A stretch of 64,000 nucleotides of DNA from Candidatus Mycalebacterium zealandia (GCA_014075295.1 CP046180.1:791945-855944), one strand, 5' to 3'; shown: positions 50,226 through 61,482, counted from the first letter of the stretch. Numbers and translations are program-made. Notes: generated from the sequence alone by a model not told the origin.

Positions 50226-50276
50226 CAAACAGAAACGGAAGAAACTGTTTAAGTATAATACACCTTCGTAACCGCC

Positions 50277-50816
50277 ATGAGAATAATAAAGAGAACACTC
50301 GCCGCCGCTGTTATCGCGATTGTTGCCGTTTTGATTGTCTGGTCTTTCAACAAGCGCTTTTCGCCGGAGCGCGGAAACTGGCCTGAATCGCCGCTTGTCG
50401 GGCGCGCCGCGCCGGCTTTTTCACTCACAACGTTTGACGGAAAAACGCTTGAATTGAGCGACTTTGCCGGAAAGCCCGTGGTATTCAATTTCTGGGCTTC
50501 GTGGTGTCTTCCGTGCGCGGACGAAGTGGGTGACTTGAACAGAGCCGAAAAAAAATACGGTGGCGAGGTTGTTTTCATAGGAATTAACGTGATGGACGAC
50601 ATTAATGACGCGATAGAGTTCGCGGCAAAGCACAACACCACCTATACAAACGCCTATGACCCTGAAAAAACGGTGCATATAGACTATGGAGTGGCGGGCG
50701 TGCCGGAAACTTTCTTTATCAGCCCGGACGGGAAAATATGGAATAAAATCACGGGACCGGCCACTTATCCGGAAATATCAAAAATTCTCGCGTCCATTCC
50801 CGCAAAACAAAATTGA
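50277..50816 (+). CDS. TlpA/ResA family membrane-anchored thioredoxin
   Basis: N-terminal TM, NFWASWCLPC, YGVAGVPETFFI. Confidence 0.93.
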   Translation: MRIIKRTLAAAVIAIVAVLIVWSFNKRFSPERGNWPESPLVGRAAPAFSLTTFDGKTLELSDFAGKPVVFNFWASWCLPCADEVGDLNRAEKKYGGEVVFIGINVMDDINDAIEFAAKHNTTYTNAYDPEKTVHIDYGVAGVPETFFISPDGKIWNKITGPATYPEISKILASIPAKQN

Positions 50817-50863
50817 CATGGCAAGTTTTTCCGTAAAAAATCCTCTCGTCCCTTTCCCTTAAA

Positions 50864-52345
50864 ATGACTTTCAATCAACTGCTTCAAAGCGCGTCGCTGA
50901 CAATTCCCGAACTTATACTTTGTTCTGTCGGGCTTGTACTGATTGTTCTGGGTCCCGCGCTTAAAAAGACCGCCGAAAAACACCTCTACTCAATACCCGT
51001 AAACCTTGTCCGGTTTGCGTGCGTTGCCGCTTTCTACTTCAACCTTGAAAGATTTGACTTCACCGCAAGCGCATTTTCCGGCTCGCTTACGCTTGACACA
51101 TTCGCGGGCTATTTCAACGGTGTGCTTCTGCTGAACGCCATGGCGGCAACCTTTTTCGCCAAGCCGTACATACGCGACCACGAAAAATTGCGCGAGTTTC
51201 TGGCGCTCGCGGTTTTCTGCACGGCGGGAATGATGTTTATGGTTGAATCAGTTGAATTTGTAGCGTTTTTTGTCGCTTTTGAGACAATGTCAATCTGCGT
51301 TTACGCGCTTTCGGGGTTTTCGCGAAACATCTTTTCGTCCGCCGAAGCGGGATTGAAATACCTCATAACCGGAGGTTTTGCTTCGGCGGTTATGTTGCTC
51401 GGCATCGCGCTTCTCTATGGCGCGGCGGGAACACTTTCCTTCGCGGAAATCGGGGCCGCCTTTTCAGACGCGCCTTCAAACCCAATGCTCATAACCGGAA
51501 CCGTGCTTGTTCTCGCGGGATTCATTTTCAAAATCGGAGCCGCGCCGCTTCATCAGTGGATTCCTGATGTGTATCAGGGGGCGCCAATGCCAGCTACCAC
51601 TTTTATGTCAGTGGGCGTGAAGGTTGCGGCTTTTGCCGTTTTTTCCCGCTTCGCCGTTGAAATAGGAAGCTCGGGGCAATGGGGATTTGAGGAAATCATT
51701 ATCGTTGTCGCGGTTATAACAATGGTTGCTGGCAATGTGTCTGCAATCGCGCAGAAGAACATAAAAAGAATGCTTGCCTATTCAAGTGTCGCGCACGCGG
51801 GCTACGCGCTTGTCGGAATCGCCACCTGGCTTTCGGGCGAAAACGCGGACGGATTATCGGGCATTTTCTACTATATGTACGCTTACACAATAATGACTCT
51901 GGGCGCGTTCGGGGTTATTTCACTACTCGGCAGAGACGGCGATGAGCGGCAAACTTTCAGTGATATTTCGGGGCTTTGGAAAACAAACCCCATGCTCGCG
52001 GTCGCGCTCGCGGTCTTTATGTTTTCCCTCGCGGGAATACCTCCCACAATCGGATTTTTTGCCAAGTACAAGGTTTTTGCCGCCGCCGCGTATGAGGGAC
52101 TTCACTGGCTTGTTATAATCGCGCTGGTAAACAGCGTTGTTTCCGCTTATTACTATTTAAAAGTGCTGGCATTTGCTTTTATGAGACCAATATCCAAACA
52201 GCAGACGGGAGAATGGAAACTTGAACCCGAATCGGTTTTTGCCATTGCGTTTCTCTGCGCGGCGGTGTTGCTGATGGGAATTTTTCCCCTCTACCCGACC
52301 GCCGGTTTTATTGATGCCGCTACACAGGCTCTGGTTGGAAAATGA
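50864..52345 (+). CDS. nuoN: NADH-quinone oxidoreductase subunit N
   Basis: EAGLKYL, FKIGAAPLHQWIPDVYQGAP, KRMLAYSSVAHAGY, SLAGIPPTIGF. Confidence 0.95.
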   Translation: MTFNQLLQSASLTIPELILCSVGLVLIVLGPALKKTAEKHLYSIPVNLVRFACVAAFYFNLERFDFTASAFSGSLTLDTFAGYFNGVLLLNAMAATFFAKPYIRDHEKLREFLALAVFCTAGMMFMVESVEFVAFFVAFETMSICVYALSGFSRNIFSSAEAGLKYLITGGFASAVMLLGIALLYGAAGTLSFAEIGAAFSDAPSNPMLITGTVLVLAGFIFKIGAAPLHQWIPDVYQGAPMPATTFMSVGVKVAAFAVFSRFAVEIGSSGQWGFEEIIIVVAVITMVAGNVSAIAQKNIKRMLAYSSVAHAGYALVGIATWLSGENADGLSGIFYYMYAYTIMTLGAFGVISLLGRDGDERQTFSDISGLWKTNPMLAVALAVFMFSLAGIPPTIGFFAKYKVFAAAAYEGLHWLVIIALVNSVVSAYYYLKVLAFAFMRPISKQQTGEWKLEPESVFAIAFLCAAVLLMGIFPLYPTAGFIDAATQALVGK

Positions 52346-54588
52346 CAAAAAACAACGGCGGATTTAGAAACCAGGCGGCGGCAATCACACTTTTCCTCAT
52401 CGGCGCGATTGTCGCCATTAGCCTCGTGATGGGCGGCTCGTTGTCTCCTCTAGGCGGCGGAGCGGTCGGATGGATAGGAAAATTCATATCAAAAATTCTC
52501 GGAACTGTTTTTGGAATCAGTTCATATCTTGTTCCGGCGAGTTGCTTCTATTTCGGAGCGCGTTTCCTGCTGTACAAAGTGGACCGTGTGGACGGCGTGC
52601 AACGCACGGGCGCTTTTGCCGGACTGCTTGTTTCATCCTCTCTGTTCGCGTCTCTGGCTCTTGAAGGAGTTTTTGTGAACCACCTGACCATTGTCGGTGC
52701 GGGAGGAGATTTGGGCGCGCTGGTTCTGAAGTTCACCGATGACGGCATCGGTTCTTTCGGTTCATACATAGTCGCACTTACGGTTATGGCGGGATGCGTG
52801 ATTTTTCTTTCGGGAACAAATCTGGTCGCGGTCGCGGTCGCGTTTTTCAAAGCGGTGAAGCTACTTGGAGCCGGAGTGATTGAAGTTTTGAAATTCTGCG
52901 TTCCGCTACTTATTCGGGCTGTCGGCGCTTCAAAAACCCTGTTTTCTTTCATCGTTAAAACCATAAAAAAACGCAGGGAAAAGGCAAAAACTCCCGCGCG
53001 CGAAAAACCGCGCGCGAAAACCGAGCCCTCTCCGGACCTCTACAAACCGCTGGCGCGCGAGGAAGAAACGAATCAAACTCCGCCGAAAATTGTAATAGAA
53101 GAACAGGAAAAACCGCCTTTGAAAGTCGTGCCTGGCAAAAGCCCTGAGGAGGAGCAGAAACCGCAAAGGAGTTTTAATCTGCCCCCGATTGACCTTCTTG
53201 ATAAACCCGATGGCGTTCAAGCCGACATTGATCAGGAAGCCGCATACGCAAACGCGCGCCTGATTGAGGAAAAACTGCAAGGGTTTGGCATTGAAGGCAA
53301 AGTGACGGAAATCAAACCGGGTCCGGTAATTACCATGTTTGAATACAAACCCGCTCCCAACGTCAGGGTCGGTAAAATCGCATCGCTCAGTAACGATTTG
53401 GCAATGAGCTTGAGCGCTCTCAAAGTGAGAATCATATCTCCCATTCCGGGCAGAGATGTGGTCGGTATTGAGGTTCCAAATCAGGTGAGGGAAACGGTCT
53501 GCCTCAGAGAGTTAATTGAAAATCAGAAATTTTCCAAAAGCGGTCCGCTGGCAATTGCGGTTGGAAAAGACATATCGGGCGCGCCCTATTACGCCGACCT
53601 TGCCACCGCGCCGCACCTGATGATAGCGGGAACAACCGGTTCGGGGAAAAGCGTTCTTATGAACTCCCTGCTCGCAAGCATGTTCTATAAAACCGGTCCG
53701 GACCGTCTGCGTCTTCTTATGATAGACCCTAAAATGCTTGAATTTTCAATATACGAAGGCATACCGCACCTGCTTCACCCGATTGTAACCGAGCCGCGAA
53801 AAGCGTCCGCCGCGCTCAAATGGGCGGTTGGAGAAATGGAAAACAGGTACTCGCTTCTGTCCGAGAAAGGTGTGAGAAGCATAGATTCCTACAACGCGAA
53901 AATAGAAAGTGAGGAAGGCGCGGACTCGGCAAAAATTCTGCCCTACATCGTCATTGTGATAGACGAACTCGGCGATTTGGTAATGTCCGGCACGAACGAC
54001 ACTCAGGGGGCAATAATCAGAATTGCCCAGAAGGCGCGCGCGGCGGGCATTCACCTTGTGGTTGCAACTCAGCGCCCGTCCGCCGATGTGGTTTCGGGGC
54101 TTTTAAAAGCGAACATACCGGCGAGAATCTCCTTTCTCGTTTCCTCAAGGGTGAATTCAAACATAGTGCTTGATGCACCCGGAGCGGAAAGTTTGCTCGG
54201 CAAGGGAGACATGCTTTTCCTCAAGCCCGGAGCCACTTCGCTTGAAAGAATTCAGGGTGCACTGATAACGGACGACGAAAGGGAAAAAATAGTTGAGTTT
54301 TTGAAATCGCAAGGCAATCCCGTGTTTGATGAAAAAATCACCGAAGTCATCAACAAGCCCGAACAGTCGGAAGGAGACGGAGACGGAGAGCGGGACGATA
54401 TGTATGAACAGGCACTTGAAGTGGTCAGAGCAGAAGGACAGGTTTCAATCTCAATGCTTCAACGCCGCCTGAAAATTGGCTACAACCGTGCCGCGACAAT
54501 CGTTGAACAGATGGAAAGAGAGGGAATTATCGGCGAACATCAGGGAGCGGGAAAAGCGAGACAGGTAAATTTGCCTGAGCAAGAGTAA
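52342..54588 (+). CDS. ftsK: DNA translocase FtsK
   Basis: N-terminal TMs, PHLMIAGTTGSGKS, IDPKMLE, RAAGIHLVVATQRPS, gamma domain SISMLQRRLKIGYNRAA. Confidence 0.97.
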   Translation: MTKNNGGFRNQAAAITLFLIGAIVAISLVMGGSLSPLGGGAVGWIGKFISKILGTVFGISSYLVPASCFYFGARFLLYKVDRVDGVQRTGAFAGLLVSSSLFASLALEGVFVNHLTIVGAGGDLGALVLKFTDDGIGSFGSYIVALTVMAGCVIFLSGTNLVAVAVAFFKAVKLLGAGVIEVLKFCVPLLIRAVGASKTLFSFIVKTIKKRREKAKTPAREKPRAKTEPSPDLYKPLAREEETNQTPPKIVIEEQEKPPLKVVPGKSPEEEQKPQRSFNLPPIDLLDKPDGVQADIDQEAAYANARLIEEKLQGFGIEGKVTEIKPGPVITMFEYKPAPNVRVGKIASLSNDLAMSLSALKVRIISPIPGRDVVGIEVPNQVRETVCLRELIENQKFSKSGPLAIAVGKDISGAPYYADLATAPHLMIAGTTGSGKSVLMNSLLASMFYKTGPDRLRLLMIDPKMLEFSIYEGIPHLLHPIVTEPRKASAALKWAVGEMENRYSLLSEKGVRSIDSYNAKIESEEGADSAKILPYIVIVIDELGDLVMSGTNDTQGAIIRIAQKARAAGIHLVVATQRPSADVVSGLLKANIPARISFLVSSRVNSNIVLDAPGAESLLGKGDMLFLKPGATSLERIQGALITDDEREKIVEFLKSQGNPVFDEKITEVINKPEQSEGDGDGERDDMYEQALEVVRAEGQVSISMLQRRLKIGYNRAATIVEQMEREGIIGEHQGAGKARQVNLPEQE

Positions 54589-54592
54589 ACTC

Positions 54593-55801
54593 TCACCTGT
54601 CCACCTCGCCAAGCACAATATCTATACTTCCGAGCGCGGAAACCACATCGCCAAGCATCGCGCCTTCCAGCATAGGACCCAGCGCCTGAAGATTTACAAA
54701 CGAAGGGGGACGGACGCGCATGCGGTACGGCTGTTTAGTGCCGTCGCTCACAAGATGGTATCCGAGCTCGCCTTTGGGGTTTTCAACCGCGTGATATGCC
54801 TCGCCCTGCGGTGGGGAAAAACCATCGTAAACAAGAACAAAATGGCGGATTAGCGATTCCATTTTTGTGTAAACATCCTCTTTTTCGGGAAGAACAATCT
54901 CTGGCAAATCGGCTATGTAACGGCCGTCCGGCAGGTTTTCCACCGCCTGTTTTATAATTCTCACGCTCTGGCGGCACTCCTCCATCCTACAAAGATAACG
55001 AGAATAAGAATCCCCCTCTTCGCCGATTGGAATGTCAAAATCGTAGTTTTCATAGCCGAGATACGGTTTTGATTTGCGCAAATCAAACGCGACTCCGCTG
55101 CCTCTCAAAGTCGGTCCTGAAAGCCCCAGATCAATCGCGTCTTCGGCGCTTATAAAACCAACACCCTTTGTTCTCTGTAACCAAATGGCGTTTTTTGTCA
55201 GAAGTTTGTCAACATCATCCAGAGTTTTCGGAAATTCGGCGGTGAAATTATTCACGGCTTTCTCAAAACCATCCGGCAAATCTTTCGGAAGTCCGCCGAC
55301 TCTCGGATACGAAGTTGTCAATCTCGCGCCGCAAACCATTTCAAGAATGTCGTAAATTTTCTCCCGTTCCTTGAAGCAATACATAAAAACACTGAACGCG
55401 CCCAAATCCAGCGCGCCGGTGCCGATACCTACCATGTGGGACTCTATTCTGCCAAGTTCAAACATAATGACCTCGGCAACTTTTGCCCTTTCGGGAATTT
55501 CGTCCTCAATGCCGAGCAGTTTTTCCACAGTAAGAACAAACCCTATGTTGTTGCAAATCGCCGCGATGTAATCCATTCTGTCGGTATAGGGAAGGCACTG
55601 CTGATAGGTAATATTTTCGCAAAGTTTTTCTATACCCCTGTGTAAATAGCCGATGTGCGGAGTCGCTTTTTTGATGACTTCACCTTCAAGGCTCAGAACA
55701 ATACGCAGAACTCCGTGCGTGGCGGGGTGCTGAGGCCCCATGTTCAAAATCATCTCTTTGTCGTCTGGGTGGTCACCCGAAACAAATTGAACACGCTCCA
55801 T
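54593..55801 (-). CDS. nuoD: NADH-quinone oxidoreductase subunit D
   Basis: NMGPQHPATHGVLR, GYLHRGIEK, ENPKGELG, DIVLGEVDR; start taken at ATG 55801. Confidence 0.97.
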   Translation of the reverse strand: MERVQFVSGDHPDDKEMILNMGPQHPATHGVLRIVLSLEGEVIKKATPHIGYLHRGIEKLCENITYQQCLPYTDRMDYIAAICNNIGFVLTVEKLLGIEDEIPERAKVAEVIMFELGRIESHMVGIGTGALDLGAFSVFMYCFKEREKIYDILEMVCGARLTTSYPRVGGLPKDLPDGFEKAVNNFTAEFPKTLDDVDKLLTKNAIWLQRTKGVGFISAEDAIDLGLSGPTLRGSGVAFDLRKSKPYLGYENYDFDIPIGEEGDSYSRYLCRMEECRQSVRIIKQAVENLPDGRYIADLPEIVLPEKEDVYTKMESLIRHFVLVYDGFSPPQGEAYHAVENPKGELGYHLVSDGTKQPYRMRVRPPSFVNLQALGPMLEGAMLGDVVSALGSIDIVLGEVDR

Positions 55802-55802
55802 T

Positions 55803-56312
55803 TCAGAAGTTGCCTTCCTTAAGCGCTTTTTCAAAAGACCGTTTCGCCGGTTCTCTGTTTCTCACATCAAAATCCTTGCGCAAGGGAAACCCGTCAAAAT
55901 CTTCAGGCAGAAGAATTCTTCGCAGGTCGGGGTGCCCCCCAAATCTTATCCCAAACATGTCAAAAATCTCTCTCTCAAGCCAGTCCGCCGCCTTCCACAC
56001 AGGTGTTACGGACGCAATGACGGGCGGGTCATCAAGGGCGGCTTTGAGGAAAACCCGCGCTTCCTCATTGTATTCGGAGTCAAATTGGACGATGTTGTAA
56101 ATCACCTCAAAGCGCGCTCCCGCCCTCTCTCCGAGCCAGTCCACGGCTGTTATGTCCGACAGATAGACAAACCTCAACTCATTTTTGAGTTTCAGACATG
56201 CCTCTTTGATTGAATCGGAGCGTATGAGAAAAAACGGCTCCCCTCCCTTCATTTCACCCGACGACAGGGAAAAATCCGAAAGCACTTTTTCAACCGAATT
56301 GGCAATGCTCAT
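55803..56312 (-). CDS. nuoC: NADH-quinone oxidoreductase subunit C
   Basis: [31 protein letters not shown]. Confidence 0.95.
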   Translation of the reverse strand: MSIANSVEKVLSDFSLSSGEMKGGEPFFLIRSDSIKEACLKLKNELRFVYLSDITAVDWLGERAGARFEVIYNIVQFDSEYNEEARVFLKAALDDPPVIASVTPVWKAADWLEREIFDMFGIRFGGHPDLRRILLPEDFDGFPLRKDFDVRNREPAKRSFEKALKEGNF

Positions 56313-56788
56313 TTAAGAGGCGCGCCTTCATTGTTGATTTTTTCCTGTATCTTGATAATCGCATCTATCAGAGCTTCCGGGCGCGGCGGGCATCCGCCCA
56401 CGTAAACATCAACCGGAAGAAACTCGTCTATACCCTGAACCACCGCGTAACTGTCAAAGGGACCGCCGCCGCAAGTGCATGAGCCCATTGCTATCACCCA
56501 TTTCGGCTCCGGCATCTGATCATAAATTTTCCTGCAAACTGAAGCCATTTTGTAAGTGATTGTTCCCGAAACTATCATAAGATCCGCCTGACGCGGAGAG
56601 AACCTCGCAACTTCCGCTCCGAAGCGCGAAACATCATAACGCGAAGCAAAAGCACCCATCATTTCAATCGCGCAACAAGCCGTACCCAAAGGCATGGGCC
56701 ACAAGCTGTTTTTTCTTGACCAGTCCACCAAAGCTGAGACTTTTGTTGAAATAAATCCGTCTCCGCCCAAGAGTTCGCCGCTGTTCAT
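56309..56788 (-). CDS. nuoB: NADH-quinone oxidoreductase subunit B
   Basis: [40 protein letters not shown]. Confidence 0.97.
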   Translation of the reverse strand: MNSGELLGGDGFISTKVSALVDWSRKNSLWPMPLGTACCAIEMMGAFASRYDVSRFGAEVARFSPRQADLMIVSGTITYKMASVCRKIYDQMPEPKWVIAMGSCTCGGGPFDSYAVVQGIDEFLPVDVYVGGCPPRPEALIDAIIKIQEKINNEGAPLK

Positions 56789-57141
56789 CGCCAATTGAGA
56801 GCCCCTTTGAACAAAACATAAAAATATCCCGCGACTATAACAAGCAGAAACACGGCCGCCTCAACCGCCGCGACAACTCCAAGATCACGCGCGGCAACTG
56901 CCCACGCGATAAGAAAAACCGCTTCTATGTCAAAAAGAAGAAAAAGCGCGCCGATAATATAGTATTTTACGGGGAACTTTGCGCTTGCTTCGCCAACCGG
57001 GGTTATGCCTGATTCATACGGCGAGGATTTTTCTTTCCCCGGTTTTTTTCTGCCGAGAAAAACTGAAAGAAAAAGCAATACGGCCGCGAGTCCCATTATC
57101 AGCGTCCAAACAATAATTATCGGAGCGTAGCCTTGTTCCAT
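56785..57141 (-). CDS. nuoA: NADH-quinone oxidoreductase subunit A
   Basis: [25 protein letters not shown]; start taken at ATG 57141. Confidence 0.95.
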   Translation of the reverse strand: MEQGYAPIIIVWTLIMGLAAVLLFLSVFLGRKKPGKEKSSPYESGITPVGEASAKFPVKYYIIGALFLLFDIEAVFLIAWAVAARDLGVVAAVEAAVFLLVIVAGYFYVLFKGALNWR

Positions 57142-57219
57142 TGCGGCGAAAATGTAAGTTACGAGCAAAGATTGTCAAGAAGCAGTATAATTGTTTATCT
57201 GCGCACGACGCGAAAACAA

Positions 57220-57927
57220 ATGACTTCCCCTCAAACAGAACTCAATATTTTCATAGCCTGTATGCGAGAGGAAGAAAATCTGAAAATCCTTCTGCCGCGT
57301 CTTACAAAAATTCTGGAAGAATACGGAATCACACACAAAATACTTGTTGTGGACACGGTTGTTCCGAAGGACGGAACCCCGGATTTGTGCCGCGAGTTTG
57401 AAAATGTGGTTTATTTGCCGACCGAGGGTGGAACGGACGGATACGGCAGAGCCGTGCGCACGGGAATAAACAACGTGAACTCTCAATACGCGATACTGAT
57501 GGACGGAGACCTTTCCCATCCACCCGAAATAATTCCCACCATGCTTGACCTGCGAAAAACTAACGACATGGTAATCTCTTCGCGCTATACGGAAGGCGGA
57601 CATTCGGACGACTCCACAATCAACCGCACAATGTCGCGCATACTAAACATCGCGTGTTCAGTCATACTGGGAATTGACTGCAAAGACTGGTCAACAAGCT
57701 TCAAACTTTATAAAAGCGCTCAACTCAAAGCCCTTTCCCTGACCTGCGAACACTTTGACATTCTTCAGGAAATTATGTGCAAACTCCATAAAAACCACCC
57801 CGATTTCACCTTCTCGGAAATTCCGATGTCATTTTCAAAACGCGTTCACGGCTCCTCCACACGCAGAATCATCTACGGTTATTCAATCGCAAAAACCATT
57901 CTGAAACTGCGGCTGGGAATTATCTGA
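57220..57927 (+). CDS. Family 2 glycosyltransferase (polyprenol-phosphate mannose synthase-like)
   Basis: EEENLKILL, GYGRAVRTG, MDGDLSHPPE, SSRY, FSKRVHGSS; start taken at ATG 57220. Confidence 0.85.
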   Translation: MTSPQTELNIFIACMREEENLKILLPRLTKILEEYGITHKILVVDTVVPKDGTPDLCREFENVVYLPTEGGTDGYGRAVRTGINNVNSQYAILMDGDLSHPPEIIPTMLDLRKTNDMVISSRYTEGGHSDDSTINRTMSRILNIACSVILGIDCKDWSTSFKLYKSAQLKALSLTCEHFDILQEIMCKLHKNHPDFTFSEIPMSFSKRVHGSSTRRIIYGYSIAKTILKLRLGII

Positions 57928-58867
57928 CAAGGCGGACGGCGGTTTTGACCGCTTCCTGCATACTGCGTGGGTCCGCCACTCCGCTCCACGCTATGTCAAA
58001 CGCGGTTCCGTGGTCGGGAGAAGTTCTGACAATCGGAAGCCCGAGCGTTATGTTCACGCCCCTGTAAAAAGACAGCATCTTGAACGGGGCAAGCCCCTGG
58101 TCGTGATACATCGCGATAACGGCGTCCCATCTGCCCTCAACCGCTCCGTAAAAAACCGAATCCGCAGGAAGCGGTCCGGAAATATCCACCCCCGCAGCGG
58201 ACGCCCTCACCACCGCGGGCGCAATATGCTCAATCTCTTCCGAACCGAACTCGCCGTTTTCCCCGGCGTGGGGGTTGAGCCCGCAAACCACAAACTTCGG
58301 AGATTCTATGCCGAACCTGTCTTCGAGCGCGGAGGCGCAGACGCTTACAGTATTAAAAACGGAATCTTCCGTTACGAGCGAGGGCACGTCTTTGAGCGCG
58401 CAATGAACCGTAACAAGCGCGACCCTGAAATCCCCGCTTTCAAACATCATTACCGCGTTTTCAGCGCCCGTCAGATCTCTGAGCATCTCCGTGTGTCCCG
58501 GATACGGGGAACCGGCAAGCTGAATGGCTTTTTTATTAATTGGAGCCGTAACCACGGCGTCCACACGCCCGGAATTCGCGTATTCAACCGCTTTCTCTAT
58601 CGCCAAGAGCGACTGCCGCCCCGCCTCGGAATCAATTTCGCCGGGGTGTAGATCGTCAAAACTCGGACCTTCACAGTCCACAACTTCAATTCCATTCTTT
58701 CTTGCGGAGACAAGTTCGCACGCCTTTGAAAAAATCTCTTCGCCGCCAAAAACAACCGGTTCGCATATCCGCCTTGTCTCTTCGGAGGAAACAACCTTCG
58801 CGACAATTTCGGGACTAATTCCGCACGGGTCTCCAAGGGTTACGGCTATTTTCGGTTTATCGGACAT
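57920..58867 (-). CDS. pdxA: 4-hydroxythreonine-4-phosphate dehydrogenase
   Basis: TLGDPCGISPE, TAPINK, GHTE, GLNPHAGE, AMYHDQGL, RTSPDHGTAFDIA. Confidence 0.96.
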   Translation of the reverse strand: MSDKPKIAVTLGDPCGISPEIVAKVVSSEETRRICEPVVFGGEEIFSKACELVSARKNGIEVVDCEGPSFDDLHPGEIDSEAGRQSLLAIEKAVEYANSGRVDAVVTAPINKKAIQLAGSPYPGHTEMLRDLTGAENAVMMFESGDFRVALVTVHCALKDVPSLVTEDSVFNTVSVCASALEDRFGIESPKFVVCGLNPHAGENGEFGSEEIEHIAPAVVRASAAGVDISGPLPADSVFYGAVEGRWDAVIAMYHDQGLAPFKMLSFYRGVNITLGLPIVRTSPDHGTAFDIAWSGVADPRSMQEAVKTAVRLVR

Positions 58868-58871
58868 GGAA

Positions 58872-59636
58872 TTAGTTCAGGCGTGGGAAAAGTTCGAGAG
58901 TGTTGCGAAAAAGCAACTGTCGCATCTCTTCGCGCGGAGTCTCTCTGACTTCCGCGAGCGTCTCAAACACATGCTTTACAAAAGCGGGCTCATTGTCCTT
59001 TCCTCTCATCGGAACAGGCGCGAGATACGGGGAATCGGTCTCAATCAGAATCCTGTCGGACGGGATTTTTTTCGCCGCCTCCCTCACTTCGGGCGCATTT
59101 TTGAAAGTCAAAATCCCCGAAAAAGAGATGAAAAAATCCATATCAAGAAATCTCTTTGCGGTTTCGTAGGTTCCGGAAAAGCAGTGTATAACGCCCGGTT
59201 TGTCGCCGCAGTTAGCATTTTTCAAAATCTCCGCAACATCGTCTTCGGAATCCCGCACATGGACAACAAATGGCAACTCCAATCGCCCCGCCATCTCAAC
59301 ATGCGCCTCAAATGATTCAATCTGAATTTCACGCGGTGATTTTATATAGTGATAATCAAGCCCCGTTTCCCCTATGGCGACAACTTTTTTGTTTGAAGCC
59401 ATTTCGGAAAAAGTCTTTATCGTGCCGGACTGAAAAGTTGAAGCCGAATGGGGATGAATTCCCACTCCCGCGTAAACTGAATCAAACTTTTGCGCGATTT
59501 CAACCGTTCGCAACGCAGTCTCGTATTTTGTCGAAACGGAAACAATTTTGCCCACGCCCGCAGATTTGGCGCGCTCAACCGCCTGCGCCGCGCCGTCTCC
59601 CAGCATTTCCAAATGAGCGTGTGTGTCTATCAGCAA
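58872..59636 (-). CDS. tatD: TatD family metal-dependent nuclease
   Basis: IDTHAHL, GIHP, AIGETGLDY, VIHCFSG, IETDSPYL. Confidence 0.95.
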   Translation of the reverse strand: MLIDTHAHLEMLGDGAAQAVERAKSAGVGKIVSVSTKYETALRTVEIAQKFDSVYAGVGIHPHSASTFQSGTIKTFSEMASNKKVVAIGETGLDYHYIKSPREIQIESFEAHVEMAGRLELPFVVHVRDSEDDVAEILKNANCGDKPGVIHCFSGTYETAKRFLDMDFFISFSGILTFKNAPEVREAAKKIPSDRILIETDSPYLAPVPMRGKDNEPAFVKHVFETLAEVRETPREEMRQLLFRNTLELFPRLN

Positions 59637-59639
59637 AGG

Positions 59640-60119
59640 TCAGCCGTCTCCGTCATTTTTTTTGCCCGTGCCACCGCCGGCAATCTCTTTGACCTCGTCA
59701 AGAAACTGATTTATGTCGTCAAAAGATTTATAGACCGAGGCAAAACGCAAATACGCAACCTTGTCCAGAGAGCGTAGGTTTTTCATAATCTGCTCACCAA
59801 TCTGGTGAGCGGGAATTTCACGCTCGCCCTTGCTCGCGAGTTCCCCCTCTATTTTCAACACAAAGTTTTCTATTTCTTCGGGCGCGATGCCGCGATTCAC
59901 GCATGCCTTGTTTACGCCGTCAACAATTTTCCCCCTGCGGAAAGGCTCTTTATGTCCGTCTTTTTTTACAACTGAAATCCGCACTTCCGGACGCTCGTAA
60001 GTGGTAAATCTTTTTCCGCACGACCCGCACTCCCTTCTGCGCCGTATGGACGCCGTTTCTTCATTACTGCGTGAATCCAAAACGCTTGTATTGCCTTCCA
60101 TGCAGAAAACGCACTTCAA
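59640..60119 (-). CDS. nrdR: Transcriptional repressor NrdR
   Basis: [26 protein letters not shown]-cone, AYLRFASVY. Confidence 0.96.
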   Translation of the reverse strand: MKCVFCMEGNTSVLDSRSNEETASIRRRRECGSCGKRFTTYERPEVRISVVKKDGHKEPFRRGKIVDGVNKACVNRGIAPEEIENFVLKIEGELASKGEREIPAHQIGEQIMKNLRSLDKVAYLRFASVYKSFDDINQFLDEVKEIAGGGTGKKNDGDG

Positions 60120-61363
60120 ATCTTCATCCCCTTGTAAACAGGAAATTTACCGCACAGCTCCGCCGACTCCCCCGCTATGGACTTGAGTTTCCCTTCATCG
60201 CCGGAGTTTTGCAAAGCCCTGTCAATCAAGTCAGCGATTGTTTCCATTTCAACTTCTTTCATTCCGCGTGTTGTAACCGCGGGAGAGCCGATTCTTATGC
60301 CGCTCGCAACCGCCGGCGGAAGATTGTCAAAAGGAATCGCGTTTTTGTTGACCGTAAGCCCCGCTTTCTCAAGAGCGTCTTCGGCGTCTTTGCCGGTGAT
60401 GTTTTTGTTCGTGAGGTCAATGAGAATTAGATGGTTGTCCGTTCCTTCTGAAAGCAGTTTGAAACCGCGCGCCATAAGACTCTCCGCCATCGCGCGCGAG
60501 TTCGCGAGTGTCTGCTTCTGATAGTCCTTGAAATCAGGTCTCAAAGCTTCGGCGAAAGCCACCGCCTTGGCGGCAATAACGTGCATAAGCGGTCCGCCCT
60601 GAACTCCGGGAAAAACCCTGCCGTTCATGATTTTTTCATGCTCGCTTTTTGCCATAATTACACCGCCTCTGGGTCCTCTGAGGGTCTTATGTGTGGTAGT
60701 CGTAACAAAATCGCAATAAGGAACGGGGTCGGGATATATTCCGGTCGCCACAAGCCCGGCGGGATGAGCAATATCCGCCATAAGCATTGAGCCCGCCTCG
60801 TCCGCTATCTCGCGGAATTTTTTGAAATCAAGCTGCCTCGGATACGCGCTGAACCCGGCGACAATTAACTTCGGTTTGTGTTTAAGGGCAAGATCTCTGA
60901 CTTCATCATAGTCTATCAGGAAGGTTTCGGGGCTCACGCCGTAGGAAACCGCATTGTAGTACCGCCCTGAAAAATTGACTTTGCTGCCGTGCGTAAGATG
61001 GCCGCCATGCGCCAAATCCATTCCGAGAAAGGTATCGCCGGGGGTCATGCAGGAAAAGAAAACCGCCATGTTCGCCTGCGCGCCCGAATGCGGCTGAACA
61101 TTGGCGCAGTCCGCGCCGAAAAGCTTTTTAATTCTGTCGCGCGCGAGGTTTTCGGCAATGTCAACAAACTCGCATCCGCCGTAATATCTCTTGCCCGGGA
61201 GCCCTTCGGCATATTTGTTTGTCATAACACACCCGAGCGCTTCAAGAACCGCCTCGCTAACATAGTTTTCAGACGCGATAAGCTCAATTTTGACTTCCTG
61301 ACGCTCTAACTCGTATCTGATGGCGTCCGCTATTTCAGGGTCTGTTTTTTCAATAATTGACAA
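60116..61363 (-). CDS. glyA: Serine hydroxymethyltransferase
   Basis: [34 protein letters not shown]. Confidence 0.98.
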   Translation of the reverse strand: MSIIEKTDPEIADAIRYELERQEVKIELIASENYVSEAVLEALGCVMTNKYAEGLPGKRYYGGCEFVDIAENLARDRIKKLFGADCANVQPHSGAQANMAVFFSCMTPGDTFLGMDLAHGGHLTHGSKVNFSGRYYNAVSYGVSPETFLIDYDEVRDLALKHKPKLIVAGFSAYPRQLDFKKFREIADEAGSMLMADIAHPAGLVATGIYPDPVPYCDFVTTTTHKTLRGPRGGVIMAKSEHEKIMNGRVFPGVQGGPLMHVIAAKAVAFAEALRPDFKDYQKQTLANSRAMAESLMARGFKLLSEGTDNHLILIDLTNKNITGKDAEDALEKAGLTVNKNAIPFDNLPPAVASGIRIGSPAVTTRGMKEVEMETIADLIDRALQNSGDEGKLKSIAGESAELCGKFPVYKGMKI

Positions 61364-61482
61364 GGTTTTATGTCTCCTTAAATTCCTACAACGCTAACAA
61401 AATTGAGGGGCTTTCGCAAATGCGTAGTTTTGCAACACGGCAAATTGAAACTTATATTTAATCTACGGAAGCATTAACGGAT

